Shown here in pieces: positions 36,235 through 48,424 of a stretch of 64,000 nucleotides of DNA (positions within the stretch are counted from its first letter, which is position 1; each line of letters starts with the position of its first letter). The translations under genes and the position numbers were made by a program. The DNA is taken from NCBI GenBank assembly GCA_964252035.1, contig OZ176201.1; one strand, written 5' to 3'. The DNA is from Podarcis erhardii (Eukaryota). The notes beneath the pieces were generated by a model that was not told the origin of the DNA, ran no database searches, and worked only from the letters and a program-made list of their open reading frames with translations.

Positions 36235-37472
36235 CTGGAGAAAAATGATTTTTGATATATTTGAAAGAATACACAGGAAACACACACACCATTGTGAAAC
36301 ACAAACAATAGTCAATGTTTCTGGCTTTGGCTTGTGGAGAAGCTCACTGCTTAACTATCTGAGCAAAATCCCCTTTCTGCCCTGACACAGCCCATCCCAA
36401 GGTTCTCCTGTTCTGCTAGGTGGGATGGTCTGCAGCGTGGATAATGTTTCTGGGGGGAATATCATACCGTAGGGAAGGGGGACCAGTGGTCCTCCAGATG
36501 TTGTTGGACTCCATCTTCTATCAGCCCCAGCCAATGGTCAGGCCAATGGTCAGGGATGATGGGAGTTGTCTAAGAAGAACCACAGGTTCCCCATCTCTGG
36601 CAGAGAAAGAAATGCGCTCGAGAGGGCTAGTGCAGTGATTTCCCAAACAATGTGTCGTGAGGGGGCCTGAAGTGTGAGTTAAGGAATTAATCCACCATAT
36701 TGCAGGCACCCACCACGGCATGCTTGAAAAGGGGAGGCCTCCTTCAGCATTGATTCTCCTCTCCTCTCCTCTGCCATAGTTGGTCACCTCCTGAGGCCTA
36801 CATCCCAGAAGGGGCCTACTGGCCCTTCTCTTCCTACTCCTAGCTTTTGCTGCTTAGAAACATTGAAAGCTGCCTTTCAATGAGATCAGTGTTGTCCTCA
36901 TTGACCGGCAGTGGTTCTCAGGGGTTTATAGCAGGGAATATTCCCAACCAAAGGTATCATGGACTTTGAAGACGCTTGAACTCAGGGCAAAAGAGAGAAA
37001 CGCGCTAAGAGGAAGGAATGCTTGGCAAACCCTCACCATGAGCAACTCCAGCCCAGAAACCTATGTCTCCACTATGGAAGGACGTGTAGGTCCAGAATTG
37101 GCCTCCACAGTCACTTAAGGATGCACTGTTAAAACCATGTTTATGGAAGACAATCTTACTTGGCTACAAGTGATGCTAAAGAAGAAGATCTCCAGCCCTA
37201 ACTGGTGTACGAATGAATTTTATTATTATGGTCACAGACCAGTTCCAACTCACTTACAATATCAGGAAAATCATAAAACACAACTGGTGATGTCAAGGAT
37301 TGAACCTGGGACCTTCTGCATGAAAAGCAGGTGCTCTACCACTGTGTTATGGTCCTGCATGCTCAGTCTCTCCAAGTGCACAAACTATGACAAGGGCAAG
37401 GAGGGGGAGCAGCAACCTTCACTTTCCTTGACCTCTCCTTCTGAGCAAATGAATGAACAGCAGGGGCAGCAC

Positions 37473-37802
37473 CAGGGATGGATCTACTATGAAACTAACG
37501 AGGCTTAAGCTTCAGGGCCTCTGATCCTGGAGGGGCCCCAGGAGCTACTTCAGTCCACATTGCTTAAAGCTGTTGGGTATAGTAGACGCAATTTGAGTCA
37601 CACAGCTCAAATTGGTTAACTTTTTTTGTTGTATATACACTTCAACAAAGTTTGAGAGTCAGTAGCACAGGTGTGGCGATCTGTCGTGGAGCAATCCTAT
37701 TGAAGAAGATAACAGTGGTTATCCAGACCTAGTTGCTGGTTGCAAAGGGGCCTTCCATGACAGTTCAAGCTTCAGGGCCCTAAAATTGTAGGTCCTCCAC
37801 TG
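37473..37802. mobile_element. Older hAT-type MITE
   Basis: CAGGGATGGATCTAC...GTAGGTCCTCCACTG; TSD GGCAGCAC and AGCGGCAC (6/8). Confidence 0.65.
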
Positions 37803-38204
37803 AGCGGCACATCCTGTTTAGTCACCTGAGGTGAAACAGGAAACTGATGCCACCACTGCCAGTCTCCCTTACTTGGGTCATGCAGCAGTGCCCATGAAGC
37901 TGTGGTGGATTCTGAAGAGATCTCGTGACATCTCACCAGAAACTACCACTGCTTCTCCACCATTAGTGGGGGTGGCGGGGTGGGGAGTCTCTGGGGGTGC
38001 TGCCTTGTAGCACTCTACCACCAAAGGAGGCTGCCTCATCCTGCCTCATGGGCCACCTGGCCCTAATGAACAGCGATGGCAGTAGCAAGGAGGTGGGCCA
38101 GCTGAGAAGTGGGCCCACTGAAAGCTTTTTGCCCAAGACCCCAACTCCCAAAAAACCTTGATCTGACCCTGCATGTTTTAATAAATTTGACATTCACATC
38201 TCAC

Positions 38205-38293
38205 CCATTCAATTTCTCTAAGAGGAAGGGGCATAGCCTGTTGCTGTTGTCCTTTATTTCCATCAGTAGCATGATGTCACACTGAGAAATAAC
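38205..38293 (-). CDS. DNASE1L3: DNASE1L3 coding exon 2 (VISQCDIMLLMEIKDNSNRLCPFLLEKLN)
   Basis: 89 bp; ctgcag acceptor and GG|GTGAGA donor; contains the catalytic Glu in MEIKD. Not in the ORF track; found by manual reverse-complementing. Confidence 0.95.
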
Positions 38294-38657
38294 CTGCAGG
38301 AGGAAAGAAAGAACATTCTTAAGAATGCTTTATTTGACACACTTGGAATTCCCAGAATGAACAGGCTTTGCATGCCTCCTGAACATTTCACCTATCAGAA
38401 ATGGGCTTCAAAAAAATTCCTGGTCTTTCAGCGCCTGTACTAGAGAGCTCCTGAGTTAGAGGGAAGACAGAAACAAAATTCTGAGAGTACCAGCAATATT
38501 CTGGAAGCACTCTCACTAAGTTCAGTCCAAACACATCTATCCTTTTCCAAATCCATAGCATGAAAAAGACTGTTTCTGCAAGTTTGAAACAAACTGTGCA
38601 TGACACTCATTAGCTGATCCCTCAGTGATTTCGCATGCTCCCCCATTTTCCAGAGTA

Positions 38658-39000
38658 AAGGTAAAGGTAAAGGGACCCCTGACCATTAGGTCCAGTCATG
38701 ACTGACTCTGGGGTTGCGGCGCTCATCTCGCTTTATTGGCTGAGGGAGCCAGCGTACAACTTCCGGGTCATGTGGCCAGCATGACTAAGCAGCTTCTGGC
38801 GAACCAGAGCAGCGCACGGAAACGCCGGTTACCTTCCCACTGGAGCAGTACCTATTTATCTACTTGCGCTTTGACGTGCTTTCGAACTGCTAGGGACTGA
38901 GCAACGGGAGCTCACCCCGATGCGAGGATTCGAACTGCTGACCTTCTGATTGGCAAGTCCTAGGCTCTGTGGTTTAACCCACAGCGTCACCAGTGTCCCA
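38658..39000 (-). mobile_element. Sauria SINE, full length, in DNASE1L3 intron 1
   Basis: Reverse complement gives the GGGACAC...TGTGGGTTAAACC head and (ACCTTT)n tail; 14-bp TSD CATTTTCCAGAGTA at 38644-38657 and 39001-39014. Confidence 0.92.
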
Positions 39001-40158
39001 CATTTTCCAGAGTACTTTTGTGCAAATCCCCCCAACTCTTCTTTAAAAAGGTGGATAAATGGATAAATGTGGGAATAGTTATGTGGTACATGGAAAAAAA
39101 AGTTTAGAAAGTGTATAGCCCATCTGCAGGCCACTGTTCTTGATAGATGAAGGGATTTAGAGAGAGGCAAAGCCAATTAATGTATTGTGTATTCTAGAAT
39201 TCCAGATATCTCAAAGCTAGTGGCTGAGAAAGTATTTGATTTGCTGGTCTTCACATCTGTTGTGAAGCCATGGAAAATAATGCGTTGAAGACTATATAAA
39301 TACTGTGAGACTATCCTTTAAGAAATGGGATGATGTTCCAAGAGATTGAAAGGATTGCTTAAGTGAAAATTCTAAAGTGTCTTACGGTACACAGACAGGT
39401 TCATGCCTCTGTACTCTGCATTCATTAGCAGCAAACCAATAAAAGAATACAATTATGATTTATATTATATTACATCACCTATTAAATTTCTATCTCACAT
39501 CCCTCCCAAATGAGCTCTGGTGACAACCAAAGAAACCCCTGGCAAAACAATGCAATTAAAAATGAATAAGGGCCTATTAAAATAATTCAAAACATTAAGA
39601 ACATCTAATGTGGAAGCTGCCCAGAGTGGCTGGGGAAACCCAGCCAGATTGGCGGGGTACAAATAATAAATTATTATTATTATAAAAACATTGTTATAAT
39701 TTCATTCATTTATTCAAACAATTTATAGGCTGCTCTTCGAAGCAGAACTTCAAGGTGGCTTACACAGTAAAAGCTTTTTAAAAACAACACCCCACCTCAA
39801 AAATATAAACACAAGATGATATCAACAAAATGCCCCAACACTAAATGAGGTGGCAATAACCTGAGATGGGTTTCTTATGGGGAGAGTTCAGCTATACAGG
39901 CACTCAGCTGAGGTGCCCAAACCTTCTCTATTTCTTGCAGAAACAACCAAGGTGAGATGGAGTCTTTTGGCAAAATATTTGGAGAATGAAGTCTACCAGA
40001 TCAGGTGCAACCAGACTGCCAGGGTGCTTCTTTGAAACATTTGAAAACACCCTTTCTTTGGCTGGTTATCACATTAAAACAGCACATGGTGGCTAGTGTG
40101 CTGGATTTAGACTGGAGTGGAGTGGGGGAGTCCCAGTTTAATATGCTGCTCCACAATA

Positions 40159-40384
40159 CAGTGGTACCTCGGGTTACATACGCTTCAGGTTACAGACTCC
40201 GCTAACCCAGAAATAGTATCTCGGGTTAAGAACTTTGCTTCAGGATGAGAACAGAAATCGTGCTCCGGCAGCGTGGCGGCAGCAGGAGGCCCCATTAGCT
40301 AAAGTGGTGCTTCAAGTTAAGAACAATTTCAGGTTAAGAACAGACCTCCAGAACGAATTAATTTCTTAAGCCGAGGTACCACTG
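40159..40384. mobile_element. Tc1/mariner-type MITE
   Basis: TA|CAGTGGTACCTCGG...CCGAGGTACCACTG|TA. Confidence 0.88.
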
Positions 40385-41215
40385 TAAAACATACTGGCTG
40401 AACTTCAGACAGTCACTATCTCTCAGCCTAACATATTCAAAGAATTGGTATGAGGATAAAAATTGCTTTACGGCTAGCTCAATCTTTTCTTGCTATGTTC
40501 CTCTACTGCTGTTTTGATGTTGTGCTACATGCTGTGTTTCTGCTGCTTTATCAATATGCATTTTGCAAGGACGTCATGTAATTTTATTGTCCTCTCGAGT
40601 GATTGCAAGCCACCTTGTGATTCCCCCCTCCCCCCTCCAATGAAAAGACAGGATGTGAATAAAATAAATCCCAGTGCCCTTGTACCTGGGGAATAAGCCC
40701 CATTGAACTCAGTGGAACTCCTGAATAGACATAGAAAGTACACACAAAGCTGAAACAATGACAAAGATAAGGATGTAGAGGATGAGGAGAGAGACACCTC
40801 TGCCCATGTTGTCCTGAGCTCTTTGGAGGGAGGGGAAACATTAAATATAGAATAAGGAAGAATAATGCATTTAGCTTAAAAGCAAGCCCTGGAATCAATC
40901 AACCTATCTTAGACATGTTCATTAACTTCAATGGGTCTACTCTGAGTAAACTTGTGCATGTTCCAGTATGAAGCTATTGGCAGGCTTCATTTGGGGAAGG
41001 TTGATGGTCCATGACAGAGGACTGTGGAAAGTTTCCAGATCAACCCCCAGCACCTCCAAGTAGGGCTGGGGGTGGGGTGGGGGTGGGATTCCTCTCTAAA
41101 ATCCTGGAGATCCTTTGTCAGTCAGACAATACTAAACTGGCTGGACCAATTACCTGTCTCAGTATACGGCAGCTTTCTGTGTTCCTATGTTTAAAGGACA
41201 AACTATAGCTCTAAT

Positions 41216-41571
41216 GGGACGCGGGTGGCGCTGTGGGTTAAACCACAGAGTCTAGGACTTGCCAATCAGAAGGTCGGCGGTTCGAATCCCCGCGACAGGG
41301 TGAGCTCCCATTGCTCGGTCCCTGCTCCTGACAACCTAGCAGTTCGAAAGCATGTCAAAGTGCAAGTAGATAAATAGGTACCGCACCGGCGGGAAGGTAA
41401 ACGGCGTTTCTGTGCGCTGCTCTGGTTCGCCAGAAGCGGCTTAGTTATGCTGGCCACATGACCTGGAAGCTGTACGCCGGCTCCCTCAGCCAATAAAGCG
41501 AGATGAGCGCCGCAACCCCAGATTCAGTCACGACTGGACCTAATGGTCAGGGGTCCCTTTACCTTTACCTT
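41216..41571 (+). mobile_element. Sauria SINE, full length, in DNASE1L3 intron 1
   Basis: GGGACGCGGGTGGCGCTGTGGGTTAAACC head, GGTTCGAATCCC B-box and (ACCTTT)n tail; TSD TATAGCTCTAAT at 41204-41215 and 41572-41583. Confidence 0.93.
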
Positions 41572-42453
41572 TATAGCTCTAATGGTGGCAGAAGATCCAT
41601 AGATGCATCTGAATTGCTGACTTGAATTTAGCATTCATGTATTGTGTGCTGAATCACTGGTTTAAAGCCACTCAGCCAAATTAGGATTTTGGGCCACTTT
41701 TTAAAAATAAAATAAAATTACAGAAATGAGTCTGCAAGCAGATACAGAAATAGTCATGTCACGAAACGCTGCATGTGCCCTCATTTTGTCACTGTCAAAC
41801 AAAAGATCTGAAGTTCATAATTTGCTGGGAGAGGAAAGATTCAGAACAGCAGTTGCATTTGTGCGTCTTCTTGTACACTTTAGAAGCACTAAATGGCTTC
41901 AAGCGGAGCTCATTGCAATGCAAAGGTGATGGATTGTTCTTGTTTACAAGCATCCGATGTACAGGTTTTTGAATGGCACCAAAGTGCTTAAATCACTCGG
42001 AAGGTGTTTATAATACAATCACTTTTGTCTGCAAGGGTCCAACTTATTTTGTGATTGTAATTTCTCCTTAATGAGACCAGAGTACTTCATAGTGGTGATT
42101 AAACAAATTAAGCATGCTAGTAACGAAGCAACGTCTGATGAGACTATAGATGAGAAGGAGACAATTTTTCTTGCCCATCAAAATGTTCCCACAATCCCTC
42201 ATGTTCATCTGCAACAGCATTCAGCATTGTATTTCTGCTAGATTTAATGTGTAAATAAATCTTGATGAACATATGGCTTCAGGTCTGCAAATTGATTCTT
42301 CCGCTGTTAGGAACACAGCAGATTTATTAATGCTCAGCCATTCATTATCAGGACTTGGCTGTGTGAAGATAAAATACCCTGAAAGATGAGCTAGATAAAA
42401 TGTCCCTCCATTCAGCTGAGTATTTATTTAATCCCGTAGAGCGAACAACATAC

Positions 42454-42585
42454 CTCTACAATGACATCCAAGATTTCTGGTCTTGTTCGCTTGGCTTCTC
42501 CAAATGACCTCACGTTGAAAGAGCAGATTTTAAGGCTCAGAGCTGCGTGAAAAGAGAAAAGCAGAAACAGAGAAACACGTGACAT
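42454..42585 (-). CDS. DNASE1L3: DNase1-like 3 (DNase gamma), coding exon 1: signal peptide plus mature N-terminus (MSRVSLFLLFSFHAALSLKICSFNVRSFGEAKRTRPEILDVIVE)
   Basis: ATG at 42585, 132 bp, GAG|GTATGT donor; the ICSFNVRSFGE motif is DNase I family, DNASE1L3-type. Confidence 0.95.
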
Positions 42586-42659
42586 CTTTTCAAACCTGGG
42601 CCAAAAGAAAACGCAGGGAGGTGTCCTTCTCTCACTCAGCACTTGGTCTGCAAAAACCA

Positions 42660-42780
42660 GCGGAATTTAGCTGTTATATTTCATGATTGCTATGCAAATT
42701 AAGGTGCATGTCATTGGCTTCTTCCACAGGCCATTGACTTCTCTATTTTTGGGACTAACATCTGTTGCTGAGGAACTCAA
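42660..42780 (-). promoter_or_regulatory. Possible DNASE1L3 proximal promoter (TATA-like AATATAA ~42674-42680, octamer ATGCAAAT 42692-42699, PU.1-like GAGGAACT 42770-42777)
   Basis: Motif matches only, 90-190 nt upstream of the ATG; the TSS is unknown. Confidence 0.3.
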
Positions 42781-42988
42781 CTTTTTGCCATAGGGGATTA
42801 CCTGAATTTAGAGCCAACTTCCACAATTGACTAGGTTTATTCTTGAACCTCATGGGAGAATACAAAACTGAAGTTTGTTCCGAGTTCCTTATTTACGGAA
42901 ACGTTCACAGCAAAGTTTGATAAGAAGACTTAATAAGGAACTGGTTGATGTGCTCTTGCACCCATAAGAAATGCTGATCCACCCCATA

Positions 42989-43028
<40 letters not shown>

Positions 43029-43282
43029 TCTGCTTTCAGGTCCACAACAATTCTCTGCTATCAAAACTGTTGGTTTGCCACAACGCTCTTAAACACATGA
43101 TGACCCCCCCCCAGATGATGATTGCAGATAAGGGAGTGGGAATGTGCACCCCAACTAAGATTTTGGAGCAATCCACGTCTCTATAAAAGTGTCCCCTATG
43201 AGATGGTACACAACTGTACCTAATCTAATGCTTTAAAAGGGATCCAGTTCTCCTCTACTATCCAGTCAGCAAGAAGAGAAGA

Positions 43283-43395
43283 AATGGGTTTTTCTTTTTA
43301 TTAGGTATTTTGTGGTTTTATATCTTGGTTTTATTCTGTGAACCGCCCTGACACCCCAGACATAGGGTGGTATATAAATTCAATAAATAAATTCA
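43283..43395 (+). mobile_element. Short L2 3' tail
   Basis: TCTGTGAACCGCCCTGA...GGTATATAAATTCAATAAA is the same tail as the 48.4 kb L2. Confidence 0.65.
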
Positions 43396-43613
43396 AATCC
43401 AATAAATTAATGATCATTAATAAATAAAATACTACTACTGATTCCCTCTGTCTCCATCTCCCTCCCGGAACCCTTTTTGCCTGGATTAGCAGAGGAGAGG
43501 AAGTGAACAATCAGGGCAATGGGGTGGAGCAGTGATGCAAACTTGGTAACACCACTACTCCCACTCTTAAGAGGACCTCCAGAGAGGACTATGGGAAATT
43601 CCTAGCATGAAAC

Positions 43614-43962
43614 CAGAGGCGTGCCTAGGCTTCTTTGCACGCTTGGCAAGGAGATGTATTGGCAGCTCTGAAGCCAGGAGAGACCATGGAGCAGAAACTC
43701 AAAATTTCACTCTTCTAATAGTGCCACTGGCCAACTGGGGAGGAGCCCCCACACTACTGCTGTGATGGTCCATGCCAGCAACCTCATCTGCCAAGGTGCC
43801 CAGAGAAGCCTGTGTGCCTTGCCCTGCTGCCCAGAGCAAAGGAGGAGTGGCCTGGAAAGCATGTAGATGGGTGGGCGGACTCCTAGCAAGAGTGGAGAGT
43901 CACAATTCTTGCACGCACCCCTGGGTGGGAGCCAACCTAGCCAGTCCCTAGCTATACCCCTG
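43614..43962. mobile_element. hAT-type non-autonomous element
   Basis: CAGAGGCGTGCCTAGG...CCTAGCTATACCCCTG; perfect 8-bp TSD CATGAAAC. Confidence 0.85.
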
Positions 43963-45830
43963 CATGAAACACCCTCCAGAATGACATGCAAGAGGTTTGT
44001 GAGCTAGGGCAAGTGTCTGTGTCCCTTCCACACTCATGGCTAGATCTATAGACCCCCAAAGGGGAAATGGTAAAGAAGGGGTGGCAAACCTGTAGACCTC
44101 CAGATGATGAACTACAACTCACATCATTCGTGCCAATTCCTGAATATGCTACCTGGGACTGATGAGAAAGATAGGCTTTGGGCCTAATCCAGCAGGGCCC
44201 TTCTTCTGTGAGTGTTTGTCCCCGAAACAGAAATCCTGAGAAGGAAAGAAAAAGTAGAGAAACCCAAAGCCACATGAGGGAAACTCAGAGCAGAAGTGGG
44301 AAGTCAACAGGGAATTTCCAAGGGCAACAGCTGCTAGTTCTCTAGTCACCTGGCAATTATTCTGATGATCCTTTCCAAGGCAGAGAGGAAATCTGGGGGG
44401 AGAGATAAGAGAAATGTGGCGCAGATTGCTTCTCTAGCAACAGCTAAACAGGAAGGGGGTAGGGATCTTCTGGAGATAGGCTGCTCAGGGGGTGGGGGAA
44501 TGGGGGATGTTCAAGAAAATGCCCATTTGGTGAATTCTGAACTGGCACCCCAGCTCCAGTTCTATATTTTGCCGTACACTGCAAATGCAAATGAGCAGCG
44601 GCTCTGGCAGGTTTTCATCAGTTCCATTTAGGTGGCAAATCTTAGTCTTCCAAAATAGCTCTGGGGTTAAGGCACAAGCAACAATGAAAGCACAGATGTG
44701 AGTGTTCCAGAACTAGACAAATAGAGGGAGATGGGAGCATACGTGACAAAAGGAAAGCACAAAACATAACAAGTGGTACTTCAGCCTGGGAGAAATATGA
44801 AGGCAGAGCAACATGAACTTTAAATGGAAATTTGGTGTGTGCGGGGAGGAGACTGGAATACAAAATATGCTGCATTCCAATGGATATTTTTAATTTGTAT
44901 CTCGCCCTTTGGATACTAATGATCGTTTTACTACTATTTTTTATTTAGTTGCTAACATAAATAATAATAATAATGACATATCAATGCATCAGAAGTTGGC
45001 AGGCGTAACAGAGCATTGTTCTTGGCTCAATAAACCGGTGCAGTGCTTACTGGGCTTATTCCTTTTGCTCAGTGCCTGGCACTTTATGAGACTGGTTGCA
45101 TTGTCAATAAGTGGATTCAAGCAAACTTCCCTTGTCCCTAGCGTGTGTGTGTGTAGGCTTTTGTAGTCACAATTGATCTCCTGACCTGTTTTAATTACAG
45201 TACTTGTGTTTTAATGGGACTGTTTGATTACATCTTTAATTATGGTTTTTTATAGTTTAACGTTACTGTAACTGGTTTTTATGCTTGGAAACTACTTAAA
45301 AGCTTATTTTGGTATTAAGTGGCATATGCATTTATTATTACTATTAACAGAAATAAAACAAATTGTTAGGGACACCCCCCAAAAAATTATATTGTTGTTG
45401 GCATCCATCTGTCTTGGGAGAAAAAGGATGAGGTAATGTCAGACCGGTGGACAGTTACAGCAGCTGCTGTGGCTGTAGATAACAATATGGGAGAGAAATG
45501 TTTTGTTGCAGCCGGGGCAGATGAATGCATCCTAAGCATAGAACTATCCTGGTACCAACTTTGCAGGAGGGAAAAAAACCACCACCATCATCAAAGTCCA
45601 CTCTGAAGATGAGCTGGCCTAGGGAATGGGAGTCTAAGGAACCTATGGAACAGCTTGGGGTTGGCTGAATCTATACTTACAGTCCTAATTTAGAAGGGGC
45701 AATCAAGGTTGGATTCAAGCTAATAATGTTTGCTGCCAAAAGTCTGGAAGCAATAACATTACTGCACCCTTAGATCAATAATGGAGAACACGTAGTTCCA
45801 CCACAATGTCATTGAACCATCAGTCTCCAG

Positions 45831-46229
45831 TGTCGTAGTCCTGTGCTGCCAGCCATGGTGGAGCTCAGTGGAAGGAGAAGCCAGCCAACCAGCTGAGTTT
45901 CGGGGTGGGGCTTGGGTACTTGCCTGGAGGTAGAGTCTCCAGGTTCAGTCCAGTCCTAAGGTCCGGAGTATCTCAGTTCACGTAGTCAGACAACCCTGGA
46001 GTCAAGAAAGCCGAGGGTCCAAGGGCACGGGAAGCAAGAAGCAGCAAGGTCTGGCCAGGAACGACACATGTTTCCAGCAACTGACTGAGGCTGGAAACCC
46101 AGCTTAAGAAAGCTGGAGCCAGCTGGTTCTCATCCGGAGCAAGAAGGCTGATCATCATCAGGTGTCACTTTGCCTTCTGCTCCTTCAGGCTGCTGCTCAG
46201 CAGGTGAAGCTGACTCCTGGCCTATGACA
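45831..46229 (-). mobile_element. Probable older solo LTR (399 bp)
   Basis: Inverted termini TGTCGTAG...CTATGACA; GC-rich; flanks TCCAG and CCCAA are only a partial TSD match. Confidence 0.5.
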
Positions 46230-48424
46230 CCCAACCAGCATGGCCAAAGCCAGAACCCTTCCATGCATCCTTTCTGTTGTGCGTCCATTGTGATTGTGCT
46301 CATGATGCTATTGGTGTGGTCACATGAAATTCCACTTTGCAAAAGTTTTGGAGTGATCACACTGCTTCATTTCCAATCAGTGCATATCCTGCTGAAATAT
46401 CAATGTTCTGATTTCTTTTTTGTCCTTTTTTCATGCTGTAGCTCCTCCGGCAGCAATATGTGGCAGCATGGGGAAATCCACCTCGAATGCACTCTAATTG
46501 TGCCATGACTTTATTGCAGGATACATCCACCATAAAACATCCGTCTGAGATGATGGAGTCCAACCACATCCCTGCCTTGTTTGCTGATTTGGACCACATG
46601 GCAGACAATCAGTTAGCAACCCTCTTCTGAAATCTGGGACTAATAAGAAGTCAAGTTTTCTAGGACATGATAAATACCATGTTCTTACCATCTGAAGGTG
46701 CATCATCCAATAATTACAGGGTGTTTGCAAACGCACACATGAAAACCTGGCCACAGTCACGTGTGCCCTTTTATACTCCTTATTACAATTTCAGCAATAC
46801 GTGTAACTACTTAATTATCACATGGTGACCTAATTAAAATTAATTTGAAACTCCCATCCTGGATCAAAATGTGTGAAATGTCAATGAAATAGACCAGGCG
46901 TGTTTTGGGGTCATTAGCTCAACTCATATTTACTTTCCTGGGTTAATGTGAAGTGTTGGCAGGTATGCCAGAACATCCCAGGTTGTCAAAGTGCTAGGTG
47001 TCGTTTTACAGTGCAAACACGCACACAGGGTTGTAACTGCAGCTGGCAACATGGCCTTTGAGCTAAGGAATTGTGTCCAGCAGGTGGCAGGGTTTATAAT
47101 TGCTTACTCGAGTCATCTGAGTCTTTTAGAAAACCCCAGGATTATCAGGCAGCACAGGCAGGGTACTTTGCACTCAGGTGAGTGAAAAGCAAGGTTTTGT
47201 GTTTGTTTTCTAAACTTCAGGATCCAATTGTGCAACACAGTTTAGATCAATGGCATGGATTCCATAGTCCAGTCAGAGGGGAACTGAATATTTTTTTGGG
47301 CCTCAACACAAGTGAAGGATCCTAGGAGGACGCTGGATTCGGCAGCAAAAAGTTTGTTACAGCAGTCCTAAGAATGTCTACTCAGAGGTAAGTCCTACTG
47401 AATTCACTCAGGCTTACTTTTGGGTAAAGTGGCTTTGGATCACAGCCATACTATTTCACTCTGGCACAGGGAGCTGGTTTATCCCCCTGCAGCCAAGCAG
47501 CAGTGATCAGTATGGCAGTGTGAGGTGCAAATGGGAATATGCAATGTGGCTAGCAAGAGGTCTGAAAGCTAGCATAGAATTGCTTTGAAGAAAGGCTGTG
47601 GAAACAGATACCGTATATCTTATTAGAGGCTACTTGAATCCAGGCAGAACTGTCTAACTGCATCCTTGCTTGTCTCATCGTTAACTGTGACATCTGGAGC
47701 CTCTGATTGCACCAAAACAGCTGCAAATAAGGGGATAGGACAAAATACCAAGGCTAGTTAACATAGCTGGATTTGAGGGGAAACAAGCAGCAGTGTGGGT
47801 GACAAAGTAATTTTAGGGCATGGACTTAATGGTCTTATCCTCTGCACTCTGTTTAGATTGCAGTGTGTATTACTTCAGTTGTGAGACACTCACTTCACAT
47901 AACTCTTCCTTGCAGTCATTTCATGCTTTACAATCGTTTTACATTCCTGATACGTTAGGGCAACAAATGAACAAATGAACAAAAAGCAGTTTGCTAACCC
48001 TGATCAGAAAGAAACACTGCAGGCGCCTGCACTTTTGCAGTTTAAATGCCCTCAAATTATAGCAAATTTGTTTAGGGAAGCTTTTAATGTTTGATATATT
48101 ACTGTATTTTAATATTTTTTTGGAAGCTGCCCAGAGTGGCTGGGGAAGCCCAGCCAGATGGGTGGGGCATAAAAAATAAATTCTTTTTCTTCTTCTTCTT
48201 ATTATAGCACAATCACATATTTGGGAATAAAATGGTAACTTCTACTGCTCTAGTGCTCAATACATTTCTTTGGAAAGAAGCACTATTTTGTTGTAGAAAA
48301 GGATAATATACATTTAAAATAAACATAATACATGGACATCTGAAACCAAGTACATGTCTAGCCAGCCACACTGGGCTAAAAAGTCAAGGAAGGAAGGAGA
48401 GATACTGTGGTGACCTGCCCCAAT

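Noticed and set aside
32512-37360. Oppositely oriented Squam2 pieces flanking DNASE1L3 exons 3-5 as a possible circRNA driver
   Set aside because: The shared complementary stretch is short (partial head only) and diverged, too weak to claim.
41153-41183. AG…GTAATT-bounded 31-nt segment in DNASE1L3 intron 1 that looks like a micro-exon
   Set aside because: It is an antisense Squam2 SINE tail, lacks a polypyrimidine tract and would shift the frame; exons 1 and 2 already join in phase.
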